Assembly: GCA_964563495.1 (NCBI GenBank) | Contig: CAZLYK010000003.1 | Span: forward strand, 4,554 to 68,553 | Direction: 5' to 3' | From: an uncultured Heliobacteriaceae bacterium | GTDB taxonomy: Bacteria; Acidobacteriota; Blastocatellia; RBC074 | DNA length: 64,000 nt | Notes under the pieces: model-generated | Database searches by the model: none | What the model was told of the DNA's origin: nothing | The model's input: the letters and a program-made list of their open reading frames with translations, nothing else | Program-made: the position numbers and the translations under genes | Shown: piece after piece, positions 48,958 through 61,851 of the stretch | How positions within the stretch are numbered: the first letter of the stretch is position 1 | Layout of the letters: each line of letters begins with the position of its first letter

Positions 48958-49893
48958 TCAGCCTTTGACCTTGACGGCAAAATAGCCCTGACGGGTTCGG
49001 ACATTGAGTTTTGGCTGTGCGACACGGACCTCGATCGCGCGCCATCTCCCATCATATCGCTCGTTCGACGACTCGTAAGTCAGTGTGTACTGGTTGCGTA
49101 GTTCATCCACCATTTGTGTAAATGCGTCGCGAAGCTTGTTTCCTCCGGGGGTCCGGAAGAATTTACCGCCGGTCTTGGCGGCCATGGTTTTCATGACCTC
49201 CGCGCCGCTGTCTCGCAGGCTGGAGCCGTAGACCGAAGAGTCGCTCATATCGACGGCATAAATGGAAACGTGCGCTCCGATGGCGGTTCTCATCGCCTTG
49301 TCCAGCGTGGCGCGGCTCTGAGTGTCTGCTCCATCCGAAACGACGATGATTGCGCGGCGACGCTCCGGCCGCCGGGAGAGCTCTTCGGCCGCCTCGACAA
49401 TCCCGTCATAGAGCGGCGTATTCCCCTCGGCGCGCATATCCCAGACCGAATCGGGAATGTCGCGGATCTCGGTGAAGCCCTGTAGCTTCCTGACCTTGAT
49501 TCCGCCAAATGAATAGATTGCGAATGAGTCTCCCTCTCGTATTCCCTCGACGAAGTTGGCGCAAGCCGCCCGCTCCAAGGTCAGCTTCTTCTCCATACTG
49601 CCGCTCGCATCCAGGAGAATAGCGGCGGCAAAAGGTGTCTCCTCGAAATCGAAACTGAGGATCTGCTGCGGTGTGTTGTCCTCTCTGATCTTGAAATCAT
49701 CGGCCTTCAACCCGGTCACATACCGGTCCTTGAGATCTGTAATCGTGACATTGAGGACGACCAGGTTGGTGTCAAGCGTGATCGCTTCTTCGTTTGGCGC
49801 GGCTTTCTTTTGCGGGTCCTGCTTTTGTGCGGTTGTCGGCGCCACGGCAAGACCGGAGGCCAGTATCAACATGAGCGGTAGACGGCGAAACAT
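48958..49893 (-). CDS. Secreted von Willebrand factor type A domain protein
   Basis: Signal peptide. DASGSM MIDAS-like motif. Confidence 0.7.
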   Translation of the reverse strand: MFRRLPLMLILASGLAVAPTTAQKQDPQKKAAPNEEAITLDTNLVVLNVTITDLKDRYVTGLKADDFKIREDNTPQQILSFDFEETPFAAAILLDASGSMEKKLTLERAACANFVEGIREGDSFAIYSFGGIKVRKLQGFTEIRDIPDSVWDMRAEGNTPLYDGIVEAAEELSRRPERRRAIIVVSDGADTQSRATLDKAMRTAIGAHVSIYAVDMSDSSVYGSSLRDSGAEVMKTMAAKTGGKFFRTPGGNKLRDAFTQMVDELRNQYTLTYESSNERYDGRWRAIEVRVAQPKLNVRTRQGYFAVKVKG

Positions 49894-49907
49894 ATTATTC
49901 TATTAAT

Positions 49908-50408
49908 TCAGTTCAGGTAACCGCGAATTATCTTGACCAGCTGAATAATCTTGCCCGATTCGTCAACCACGCTCAGTGAGACGACGCGGCGCGAAGTTTT
50001 GGCGAGATTCTCATTCAATTTCTCACCGGCCTGGACCAGTTGCTTGAGAGCCTCATTGAGATCAGCGGGCGGTTGGTCGAGCGGTTCATCCGCTGACGCG
50101 CCGGATTCCGAAAGAATCTGGCGCGCCGATTTTTCGATATCTTTCAGTTTCTTTTCAGCGCTCCGCGGCAACATGCCCCCGGCACCCCTGGCTTCCTGCG
50201 ACAGGTTTTGGGCATCGTCTTTGAGATGTGCAGCTTTCTCGAGCAGCTTTTTATGCTCATTCTCCTCACGCTTGATCTGCATCCGCTTGAGCGTGTCGAG
50301 CATGGTTTCGTTCTGCTCCTCGGCCGGGGGCTGATCTACGCTCTGCGCCCAGACCGCCGGAGCAGCGAAGATGAAGCAGCAGTAAATAAAGATGGATCTC
50401 AGTAACAT
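49908..50408 (-). CDS. Hypothetical periplasmic coiled-coil protein
   Basis: Signal peptide followed by a charged helical region. Confidence 0.35.
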   Translation of the reverse strand: MLLRSIFIYCCFIFAAPAVWAQSVDQPPAEEQNETMLDTLKRMQIKREENEHKKLLEKAAHLKDDAQNLSQEARGAGGMLPRSAEKKLKDIEKSARQILSESGASADEPLDQPPADLNEALKQLVQAGEKLNENLAKTSRRVVSLSVVDESGKIIQLVKIIRGYLN

Positions 50409-50458
50409 CTTGTCCCCCGGTGATCAACCCGGGCGGTATCAAAAGCAGCCAGGCCGCC

Positions 50459-51031
50459 TCAATATTCACAGTTGAGGATCCGACGACGGGTATTTCCCTT
50501 GATGCTCAAATCGATCCCCAGGATCTTGCCGGCCAAACCGCGGATCACCTCGTCTTCCAGCCTGCCGTTAGACTGACCCTCAACCCATTTGTTGCTGTCC
50601 AGGGCATCGGCCACTCGCCCCTGTATATGAGCCGAAACAAAGAGCTGGGAACGTTTTTGATCCAGCGGCAGTGCGCTAATTTCAAGGTAGAACCGGCCTT
50701 GAACCCAGTTTCGAACCTCGGTCGCAGGCATCGCAGCCAGATAATCGAGATCATTGCGAGTCGTCACGCCTTTGCTGAAATTGATCGTTTTCGTGACCAG
50801 CTTGCCCTCGCTCAGCTTGCTCGATTCCTCGTTCAGGTCGATCTTGCAGGTTTTTAATACATCGCGCGCAGTTTGTAGGATCTGCTCGCGAGGCACATTC
50901 ATTGTGTAAGGATTGTTCAACGGCGGTTCTGTCTTGGGGCGGTCAAACTGAATCTGCGCCTGCGCCACAACTGACCAGCAGGCAACTGCCAGAAATGCAA
51001 CAAATAAAGATTGAATTCGAATGTTTTTCAT
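50459..51031 (-). CDS. Hypothetical secreted protein
   Basis: Signal peptide MKNIRIQSLFVAFLAVACWSVVAQA. Confidence 0.35.
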   Translation of the reverse strand: MKNIRIQSLFVAFLAVACWSVVAQAQIQFDRPKTEPPLNNPYTMNVPREQILQTARDVLKTCKIDLNEESSKLSEGKLVTKTINFSKGVTTRNDLDYLAAMPATEVRNWVQGRFYLEISALPLDQKRSQLFVSAHIQGRVADALDSNKWVEGQSNGRLEDEVIRGLAGKILGIDLSIKGNTRRRILNCEY

Positions 51032-51414
51032 ATATCGGTCTTTTCAATTGATTGGGAGAACAATCCAAGAAGACAAGCCATGTGAACAATAACAGGTCGA
51101 CTTAGAGCACATCAAGCCCCTTGCTCAGGAAAGGTCATGCCGCAGTTATCGGTGGCAAGCGGACTGGGCGACTGAGGGAATGGGGGATCGATGATTCAAT
51201 CCCCCATTCTCCTCGTCTCTTCGCCACCAATCACTGAAGCATTACCGGCATGGAAATATTTTCATAGCGGTTTAGCCATCATGTTGTAAGAATTACCGGA
51301 ATGAGCCGGCCCGGCATCGGCGTGTGGTTTTTTATTTAAATAGTAACTTACTGGAAATACAGGTTTTCTGCGATTTATCGGGGACTTGCCGCCCGTGGCA
51401 TTGTGATTGCAGTA

Positions 51415-51497
<83 letters not shown>

Positions 51498-51503
51498 AAA
51501 TCA

Positions 51504-51545
51504 GGCGCTACAGACTTCCCACGACTGTAGCGCCTTTTATTTTGT
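51504..51545 (+). terminator. Rho-independent terminator in a long noncoding gap
   Basis: ggcgctacagacttcccacgactgtagcgcc followed by a TTTTATTTT run. Confidence 0.55.
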
Positions 51546-51878
51546 CTAAATCTGTTTTAATTCTGGAAGTTTTGGTAGATTTAGGATGCATCTTCTTCGA
51601 GGCCCTCTATCTTGATGGCATACTTCAGATCAACTAGGTATGCCCCATTCTCACTATGTTCAGACCTTAAAAAGTTCATCGAGCTTTTATTCAATCAAAA
51701 AAATACAGTTTTGAAAAAGACATCAATCAGGAAAGTCCGAGATAGGGTCTGGTGAAAAAGATGGCTGTGCAGGCGGTGTGGTCGGCGCATGGGAGCGGGC
51801 CTGTTAAGGGATTGCGGTAGGGGATGCACCGCATTCGCGACATGCGCCGACCAGACTGTCTGATACTTTCTTGACACG

Positions 51879-51907
51879 CTTTCCCGCCATTGGCTATGTT
51901 GCTTGCC
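51879..51907 (+). promoter_or_regulatory. Candidate sigma70-type promoter for the gene at 51939
   Basis: TTGACA, a 17-bp spacer, then CTATGT. Confidence 0.3.
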
Positions 51908-51938
51908 TTAACTTCCGACTGAGAAATTGAGTGCATGC

Positions 51939-53444
51939 ATGCTTAGCGAATACCGCCAACGTCTCGGCGAATTTCAGACCGCCGTCAATCGGGATGCCTA
52001 TTTGGCCGGCTCGGGCCGTCGGGAGAAGAGAGCGTTTGGCCGTGTCTTGGGCGAATACAGCGATCTTTTTCGACTCTCGGTCGTGGCCGAATTGCGCACC
52101 GGGCTGGCGGAAACCTCCGAAGTTTTTCAGACCGAAAAGGCAGGTATTCGTCGACTGATCGCTTTTGCTCTGGAGGGGAATTTAGCCGCTCGCCTGCACG
52201 AGGTTTCGCTGGAGATCGAAAGTCATCAAGCGATCGCGCTGATCGAATGGGAAGGTCGGAAGATTACGGCGGCGGAGGCGGCCGAGCTGCTCTCGGTTGA
52301 GCCGGAATTGAAGCGTCGCCGGGAGCTTGAGGCGCGTCGCGCAGAGGCGATCAGGGGAGCCGATGACCTGCGCGCAGCTAGATTTGACAGGCTCCACATT
52401 GCCGCGGTCGATCTGGGTTATCGGAATTACCTGGACATGCTCGTGACTGAGCGAGGGATCGATGCCGAGAAGATGGTTTCGTCCGCCAATCGTTTTCTCG
52501 CATCGACTGAGAACCGGTTTGTCGTCGCGCTTTCGCCGTTGCTCACTCGCCAGGCGCAGATCTCTCTCGATGAAGCGAACCAAACCGACCTCGATTATTT
52601 ACGAGCTTTTTCCGGATATGACCACTACTTTTCGCCTGAGCGGATGCTTGAGGTCTACCGCGAGCTCTTCTCAGGACTCGGTTTCAAGACCGAGGTGCAG
52701 ACAAACCTGACGATTGAACCTGGTTCTGGATCTCGAAAAGTCGGCGGGGCAGCCTGTTATCCGGTGGTCATCCCGGAAGAGATCAGGCTGGTCGTCAATC
52801 TGACCGGCGGGCAGGCCAACTATCGCCGGCTCTGTCGAGTAGCCGGAACCGCCCAAAATTTTGCCTGGACCTCGCGCCATTTGCATCCCGAATTCCGATT
52901 TCCCATTGCCTGGAGCGACTCGGCCGCCAGGATATCCTGGGGACTGCTGCTGGAGAGCCTGTTTCTGGATCGGAGCTGGCTGCTCGGGACGCTGGGTTTG
53001 AGAGAGAGTGAGGAGTTCCGTCGAACGCTGGCGATCCTGCGGTTGACGCAGGTACGCCGGCTTGCCGCGAGGCTCAATTACGAGGTGGAATATCACTCCG
53101 GCGCGCTGGTGGGCAGAGCAGGGGAGCGTTATGTCAAGCTCTTAAATGAGGCTTTACACGTCACGGTTGAACAGACGGAGTACCTGAGCGGGCTCTCTGA
53201 TTCATTATCCGCCGGTGATTATTTTCGCGCCTACGCCTTCGAGTCACAGCTGCGTGAATACCTCATGACCAAATTCGGCTCTCGCTGGTGGGTCTCGCGT
53301 AAGGCCGGCGAGATGTTGATCGATCTCTGGAATACGGGACAGAGATACACTGTCGAAGAAATGGCCGATCTGATCGGTCTCGGAGGACTCGATTATGACT
53401 GGCTGGCGCGTGGTCTGGTCAGCCATCCGTTGGTTGAATCATGA
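51939..53444 (+). CDS. Hypothetical protein (about 500 aa), translationally coupled to aroB
   Basis: No metalloprotease HExxH motif. The stop overlaps the aroB start (ATGA). Confidence 0.45.
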   Translation: MLSEYRQRLGEFQTAVNRDAYLAGSGRREKRAFGRVLGEYSDLFRLSVVAELRTGLAETSEVFQTEKAGIRRLIAFALEGNLAARLHEVSLEIESHQAIALIEWEGRKITAAEAAELLSVEPELKRRRELEARRAEAIRGADDLRAARFDRLHIAAVDLGYRNYLDMLVTERGIDAEKMVSSANRFLASTENRFVVALSPLLTRQAQISLDEANQTDLDYLRAFSGYDHYFSPERMLEVYRELFSGLGFKTEVQTNLTIEPGSGSRKVGGAACYPVVIPEEIRLVVNLTGGQANYRRLCRVAGTAQNFAWTSRHLHPEFRFPIAWSDSAARISWGLLLESLFLDRSWLLGTLGLRESEEFRRTLAILRLTQVRRLAARLNYEVEYHSGALVGRAGERYVKLLNEALHVTVEQTEYLSGLSDSLSAGDYFRAYAFESQLREYLMTKFGSRWWVSRKAGEMLIDLWNTGQRYTVEEMADLIGLGGLDYDWLARGLVSHPLVES

Positions 53445-54559
53445 GCCCAATAAACGACAAATCGTTGCGGACAGTTCGGGTTGAACTGGGAGAGCGCAGC
53501 TATCGGATTGCAATTGGAGACGGATTGCTGTCTGCCGCCGGCGAGATCGCCCGCGACGCACTCGGTCCGAAAGCCAGGCGCGTGGCGATCATCACCAATT
53601 CCCTGGTCGCTCGGCATTTCGGCAAGAGAGTCGAGAGGAGTCTACGCCAGGCCGGATTGGCGACGCTGACGCACCTGATCGGCGACGGTGAGCGGGCAAA
53701 ATCGCTGCGCACCGCAGAGCGTGCCTGGGCATTCCTGATTGCCAACCGGCTTGAACGCGCCGATGGAATTGTCGCGCTTGGCGGCGGAGTGGTTGGGGAT
53801 CTGGCGGGTTTTGTCGCTGCGACATTTCTGCGCGGCGTGAATTACGTCCAGATACCGACGACGCTGCTCGCGCAGATCGACAGCTCGGTCGGGGGCAAGA
53901 CGGCGGTCAATCATCCTCTCGGCAAGAATTTGATCGGCGCTTTTCATCAACCTCGGGGGGTCATCATCGACCCCGCCGTCTTGAGGACTCTGCCGGTGCG
54001 AGAGCTGCGCGCCGGCCTCTATGAGGCAGTCAAATACGGGATCATTCGCGACCGGGCGCTGGCCGCTTTTATCCAAAACAATCTGGTCAGGATCGAGGCG
54101 CTCGATTCAGAATCCCTCAGTCATCTGATCGCTCGCTGTTGCCGGATCAAAGCCGAGGTCGTCGCCGCGGATGAACGCGAATCCGGTCTGAGACGGATAC
54201 TGAACTTCGGCCATACGGTCGGCCACGCGCTCGAAGCGGTAACCTCATACCGCCGGTTGAAGCACGGAGAAGCGGTCGGCTATGGGATCAAGTGCGCTTC
54301 GGCAATTGCAGAAAAAGTTGGTATAATCTCCGGCGCTGATGCCCACGCGATAAAACAAAGCGTTGAGGCTTTGGGCAAACTCCCCCGGATCGGCGATCTG
54401 AAACCCCAAGACGTCATCGCCGCGATGGCGCATGACAAGAAGATTGCCCAAGGAAAACTCCCCCTTATTTTACCTACTCGAATCGGCGAGGTGGTTGTGC
54501 GTCACGATATCGCGCCGGCTGTGATCCGGGCAGCGGTCCGCGAATTGCTTTTTGATTGA
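53441..54559 (+). CDS. aroB: 3-dehydroquinate synthase
   Basis: GGGVVGDLAGF and IPTTLLAQIDSSVGGKTAVN motifs. Confidence 0.85.
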   Translation: MSPINDKSLRTVRVELGERSYRIAIGDGLLSAAGEIARDALGPKARRVAIITNSLVARHFGKRVERSLRQAGLATLTHLIGDGERAKSLRTAERAWAFLIANRLERADGIVALGGGVVGDLAGFVAATFLRGVNYVQIPTTLLAQIDSSVGGKTAVNHPLGKNLIGAFHQPRGVIIDPAVLRTLPVRELRAGLYEAVKYGIIRDRALAAFIQNNLVRIEALDSESLSHLIARCCRIKAEVVAADERESGLRRILNFGHTVGHALEAVTSYRRLKHGEAVGYGIKCASAIAEKVGIISGADAHAIKQSVEALGKLPRIGDLKPQDVIAAMAHDKKIAQGKLPLILPTRIGEVVVRHDIAPAVIRAAVRELLFD

Positions 54560-54564
54560 GAAGA

Positions 54565-54658
54565 AAATAGACAGGATTAACAGGATTTTCACAGGATTAA
54601 ACAAGATCAAAGACAAACCAAAGAAGCATCCTGTGAAAATCCTGTTAATCCTGTCTAT
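54565..54658. repeat. Palindromic intergenic element E10 (32-bp perfect TIRs)
   Basis: AATAGACAGGATTAACAGGATTTTCACAGGAT ... ATCCTGTGAAAATCCTGTTAATCCTGTCTATT. Confidence 0.85.
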
Positions 54659-54682
54659 TTTCTCCTTTCCCGAGGAGAAGTT

Positions 54683-55069
54683 ATGCCTGTCTCAAACCAA
54701 TCTTTTCAACATCTGTCCTCTGAACGAGGCGTCAGCAGATTTCCATTTCTCCTGTTGCTGGCTTTGACCTGCGCCATCATCTATCTCATGGCAGTCTCCA
54801 TTCCCGTCTATCTCGGCACCCGGCAGATGGAAGAGGCGTCGGCCGAGATCGTTCATCGCGGCGCATTGCAGAATTTGAGCGAGGCGGATGTCAGCGCGCA
54901 GTTGCACGAGAAGGCGCGTGAGTTCGGTTTGCCCGAAAACCGGCGAGTCGAACTGCGGCGCGACGGCAAAAAGCTGACCGCCCGAATCAGTTATACCCAG
55001 GCGGTCAGGTTCCCCTTTTATACTTACCAATGGCCGGTTGAGATACGAGTCCAGGATCTAGGGTTCTGA
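54683..55069 (+). CDS. Small membrane-anchored protein (DUF4845-like)
   Basis: N-terminal TM followed by a roughly 90-aa periplasmic domain. GGAGAAG RBS. Confidence 0.35.
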   Translation: MPVSNQSFQHLSSERGVSRFPFLLLLALTCAIIYLMAVSIPVYLGTRQMEEASAEIVHRGALQNLSEADVSAQLHEKAREFGLPENRRVELRRDGKKLTARISYTQAVRFPFYTYQWPVEIRVQDLGF

Positions 55070-55248
55070 CCCGCTCCAGATTCCAAGCGGCTTTGACTTG
55101 CCATGACCCTGAGATTTGTTTAAACTATTCAGGTAATTGAAACCCCAGCTCAAGATCCCAATGCAACTCCTTGGAATAATATCCCTGTCTGAGGTTGTTC
55201 ATTTCATGTACCTTTATCAATCAATCAACCAGCAAGGAGGATTAAGTC

Positions 55249-55623
55249 ATGGCTAGTTTTGATGAACTCAAGGCGAAGTATAATGCCGTTTTGGAGAAGG
55301 GCCACGATATTGGTCTGAACGTTCAGAATATCAACATGGAGGGGGATAAGCTTCTCATCCGCGGCGTGGTTCCGTCGGATTACGCGAAGAATGCGCTTTG
55401 GGACGCCGTCAAAAAGATTGACGCCAACGTCTCGGACGCAGTGATCGATGTCAACGTTCAGTCGGGGTTGACTTATAAGGTCGTCTCGGGGGACACGCTC
55501 TCGAAGATCGCCAAGCGTTTCTATGGGAATGCCGGCGATTACCAAAAGATCTTCAACGCCAACCGCGATCAGCTCAGTGATCCCGATAAGATCAACGTCG
55601 GCCAGGAATTGAAGCTACCCTAA
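55249..55623 (+). CDS. BON-like plus LysM peptidoglycan-binding domain protein
   Basis: C-terminal YKVVSGDTLSKIAKRFYGNAGDYQKIFNANRDQL LysM. AAGGAGG RBS. Confidence 0.65.
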   Translation: MASFDELKAKYNAVLEKGHDIGLNVQNINMEGDKLLIRGVVPSDYAKNALWDAVKKIDANVSDAVIDVNVQSGLTYKVVSGDTLSKIAKRFYGNAGDYQKIFNANRDQLSDPDKINVGQELKLP

Positions 55624-55643
55624 TCAAATCATCGGACAGAATT

Positions 55644-55707
55644 GGACAGGGAGTAAAAAAAGACGGAGCAAGATTTTCTTGCTCCGTCTTTTTTTACTCC
55701 CTGTCCA
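55644..55707. terminator. Bidirectional rho-independent terminator
   Basis: Perfect hairpin ggacagggagtaaaaaaagacggagcaag attttctt gctccgtctttttttactccctgtcc between convergent genes. Confidence 0.75.
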
Positions 55708-55714
55708 TTCATGG

Positions 55715-56764
<1,050 letters not shown>

Positions 56765-56840
56765 TGTTTTTTAGTTTTCTGACTGTCGCTTGTCGATGGC
56801 CGGCCTGAAACAGATGTTCGACCTCTAACCGTTGACCCCG

Positions 56841-58772
<1,932 letters not shown>

Positions 58773-58981
58773 CAAATCGAATTTAGTGATGAGAAAATAG
58801 CCGCTCGCAATAGATCTTGAGGTTCTCTCAAGGCACACTGCCGCTCACATCAGTCGGCCACAGGAGCCCTTGTCCAGAGCAATCTTGATGCGATTTCGGA
58901 AGTTATCTAAAGAGAGGCGGACTGTAACAGATTGGCTGGGTGCTGTCAAAAACTATTTTCCGGACCCTCCGGCTCGCTGTT

Positions 58982-59095
58982 ATTCGACTGAAATCGAATG
59001 GGTTACAGCGGTTTTTCAGTTTCGTGCGTCTGACAGGACGCACGAAACTGAAAAACCGCTGTAACCCTGCAAACGTCCCGTTAATTCTGTCTATT
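58982..59095. repeat. Palindromic intergenic element E12 (type II core hairpin plus right TIR)
   Basis: 28-bp stem ggttacagcggtttttcagtttcgtgcg / cgcacgaaactgaaaaaccgctgtaacc with loop TGACAGGA, then AATTCTGTCTATT. Confidence 0.7.
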
Positions 59096-59743
59096 GTCTG
59101 CTTCGATAATTTCCAATCTGCGCCACTGCCTGCGCAGTTGCAGAACTTCGTCCGCCAGTTCGCTCAACTGAGCTTTGATCTTTGTCCCGTCTTCCAGCCC
59201 GACAAGGTGGGGGTAACGACGTGGGAGGGCCAGTTGGCGAACCGGCTCGCGAGCCGTCGCCGGAACACGGGTGATCATTTGATAAATTCGAAATTCCGCC
59301 GGTCCCAGATCTCGCTTGACCCATCTGAGGATCCTGCCTATTTCGGGGTCGCATTCGGAGACGGCATTGAGTAAAGCGCTGCAGATGAAGGCAGCGCAGA
59401 AGACCGTCTTGCCGAATTTGTTGTTTGGATCGCAACCCTGCGAGCCGATCACGCGGCAGGTTGGTGGACAGCAGCCCGTACCCTGTTCGTGGCAGCGGCG
59501 GCAGATCTCGAGAACGCCGCTTGCGGCAAAGAACCGGTCGAGTTCTGCGATCAGTTCATGGCGGGTGATCTCCCCGGGCGTTTCGGCTCTCTGGTATCGC
59601 TCATCTCTGGCGCAGCGCGGACAGAGCACAAAATCGCTCTCCTCGTGCGGTTCACCGCGGGGCGCAAGAGTGTAAAGCCGATACCGGCGGGCGTTTGCCG
59701 CACCGCAGGATTGGCAGGTTCCATCCTGTTTGAGTAAGACCAT
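59081..59743 (-). CDS. Cysteine-rich hypothetical protein (zinc-ribbon plus CxxC...CC cluster)
   Basis: CQSC...CPRC and CRRCHEQGTGCC motifs. The last codons and stop (NRQN*) are encoded by element E12. Confidence 0.4.
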   Translation of the reverse strand: MVLLKQDGTCQSCGAANARRYRLYTLAPRGEPHEESDFVLCPRCARDERYQRAETPGEITRHELIAELDRFFAASGVLEICRRCHEQGTGCCPPTCRVIGSQGCDPNNKFGKTVFCAAFICSALLNAVSECDPEIGRILRWVKRDLGPAEFRIYQMITRVPATAREPVRQLALPRRYPHLVGLEDGTKIKAQLSELADEVLQLRRQWRRLEIIEADNRQN

Positions 59744-59781
59744 TCTTTATTTTCACTGGAATCAGCGGATCAAAGAAGAGA

Positions 59782-59842
59782 AAAGACAGGATTAACCGGA
59801 TTTCGACAGGATTAAACAGGATCGCTGTCATCCTCTCTATTT
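59782..59842. repeat. Palindromic intergenic element E11 (variant TIRs)
   Basis: AAAGACAGGATTAACCGGATTTCGACAGGATTAAACAGGATCGCTGTCATCCTCTCTATT. Confidence 0.6.
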
Positions 59843-59895
59843 CTCTTTCTTCTCGAATTTTTTCGGTCAGATGATGACCTTCGTCCAAGCCGGCC

Positions 59896-61599
59896 CTAAA
59901 GATTGCCCCGCTTCAATTCATCAGCCAGGTAATCGCAGGCGCGCGCCGTGATCGCCATCATGGTCAATGTCGGATTCTGACAACCCTGTGAGACGAAGCA
60001 CGACCCGTCGGTGACAAAGACGTTCTTGGCATCCCAGAGCTGGTTCCACTTGTTGAGGACGGAAGTCCCGGCGTCGACGCCCATGCGAGCGGTCCCGACC
60101 TCGTGAATGCAGAAGCCGGGAGGCGCCGGAGAATTGCTCGCGAATTGAGTTTCAAAACCGGCGGCGTCGGCCATCTCGCGAATTGATTCAAGGGCGTCCA
60201 CGGCCATGGCGCGCTCGTTGTCGCTGTGCGTACATGCTATGTGTAGCACGGGGATGCCCCAGGCGTCGACTTTGTTCGGATCGATCGTGGCCCGGTTCTC
60301 TCTGCGAGGCAACATCTCGCACCAGGCGCCGAGCCAGAAGTTCACCTCGTTCGGGTTTTCGCGGACAAACTTCTTGAATTCGGCACCAAAGCCGGGACGC
60401 TGTTTGGCGTGGTCATAGGTGTAACCCAGCCCGGCGCGGCCCTGCATCCCGTAACCGCGAATGAAGTTCGGATGCCTGGCTTTTAGATTGCGGAAGCGCG
60501 GGATATAGACCCCGTTGGCGCGACCGTCGGAGTAATCGTATTCCATCCCTTTGAGCGTCGGCACGACGCCGCCCGCGCTGATCTGAAACATGTGGTCCAT
60601 GAGGTAGCGACCGACCAGATCCGAAGAGTTGCCGAAGCCATTGGGATGCCGGCTCGACTTCGAATTCAAGAGAATCCGCGTCGATTCGAGCGTCGAGGCG
60701 CAGAGCACGATGACCCTGCCGTATTCTTCATCATCCTTTTTGGTCAGCTGATCGACTACGCGAACGCCTTTCGCCTTGCCGGTTTTGTCATCGATCAGGA
60801 TTTCACGGACGACGGCGTTTGGGCGCAGGGCCAGGCGCCCGGTCTTCGCCGCTGCGGGCAGTGTCGAGCCGACGCTGCTGAAATAGGAATGGGTATCGCA
60901 GCCGCGGTCGCAATGGCCGCAATAATGGCACTGCGCTCGACCCTGGTGCGGTCTGGTCAGAATCGCGGCGCGGCCGATGATCACTTTGCGATCGTCCCAC
61001 CGCTTCTCGACCGCGTGCTTGAGCAGCTGTTCACCGCAAGTCATGGCCATCGGCGGCAGAAATTTGCTGTCGGGCAATTGAGGAAGGTTCTCGGATGATC
61101 CGCTGATCCCGACAAAATCCTCGACCTGCTCGTAATAGGGCTCCAGGTCTTTGAGACTGATCGGCCAATCCACGCCATAGCCGTCGCGACTCGCGGCTTT
61201 GAAATCGAAATCCGAAAGGCGGTACGACTGGCGTCCCCAGGTCAGCGAGCGACCTCCGACCTGGCGCCCGCGTATCCACCAGAAAGGTTTGTCCTCCGGC
61301 GTGGAGTAGGGATTATCCAGATCGTCGACAAAGAAATGGGCGCTGTATTCGTTGCCGGCGTAGCACCTGCTCTGAATCGGCTGGCGCGGCGCGTAGACCG
61401 ACCCTGGCGCCAGGCCGCGGTATTTGAGCTGATAGGGCTCAGTCAGCATGCGATAGTCTTTTTTCGGATCGACATGCCTGCCCGCTTCGAGGACAAGTAC
61501 TTTGAGCCCCTTCTCCGTCAGCACTTTGGCGGCCCAACCGCCAGTCGCTCCAGAACCGACGACGATTGCATCGTAGACCTTTCGCTTGGCTCTTTGCAT
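59896..61599 (-). CDS. GMC-family FAD-dependent oxidoreductase
   Basis: N-terminal [12 protein letters not shown] Rossmann motif. AGGAGA RBS. Confidence 0.8.
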   Translation of the reverse strand: MQRAKRKVYDAIVVGSGATGGWAAKVLTEKGLKVLVLEAGRHVDPKKDYRMLTEPYQLKYRGLAPGSVYAPRQPIQSRCYAGNEYSAHFFVDDLDNPYSTPEDKPFWWIRGRQVGGRSLTWGRQSYRLSDFDFKAASRDGYGVDWPISLKDLEPYYEQVEDFVGISGSSENLPQLPDSKFLPPMAMTCGEQLLKHAVEKRWDDRKVIIGRAAILTRPHQGRAQCHYCGHCDRGCDTHSYFSSVGSTLPAAAKTGRLALRPNAVVREILIDDKTGKAKGVRVVDQLTKKDDEEYGRVIVLCASTLESTRILLNSKSSRHPNGFGNSSDLVGRYLMDHMFQISAGGVVPTLKGMEYDYSDGRANGVYIPRFRNLKARHPNFIRGYGMQGRAGLGYTYDHAKQRPGFGAEFKKFVRENPNEVNFWLGAWCEMLPRRENRATIDPNKVDAWGIPVLHIACTHSDNERAMAVDALESIREMADAAGFETQFASNSPAPPGFCIHEVGTARMGVDAGTSVLNKWNQLWDAKNVFVTDGSCFVSQGCQNPTLTMMAITARACDYLADELKRGNL

Positions 61600-61686
61600 C
61601 AATGGATTCTCCTGTTTATGGTGCGCTCGAACGACAATCTAACCCAGGAAGCACAGCGACAGCAATCTTGACCTGAACCGGAGGAA

Positions 61687-61774
61687 AATAGACAAGATTA
61701 TAGCAAGTTTCACGTTTGTGCGACCACGTCCTCGCGGTCGCACAAACGTGAAACTTGCTATAATCCTGTCTATT
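61687..61774. repeat. Palindromic intergenic element E13 (type I core hairpin, sister of E1)
   Basis: AATAGACAAGAT ... ATCCTGTCTATT with stem agcaagtttcacgtttgtgcgacc / ggtcgcacaaacgtgaaacttgct and loop ACGTCCTCG. Confidence 0.8.
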
Positions 61775-61851
61775 TTCTTCTCTTTTGCTCGAATGCGATA
61801 TAATCAGGTTGTGATTCAAGTGGTACGATGGTGGTGTCGAGAAGATTGTTT

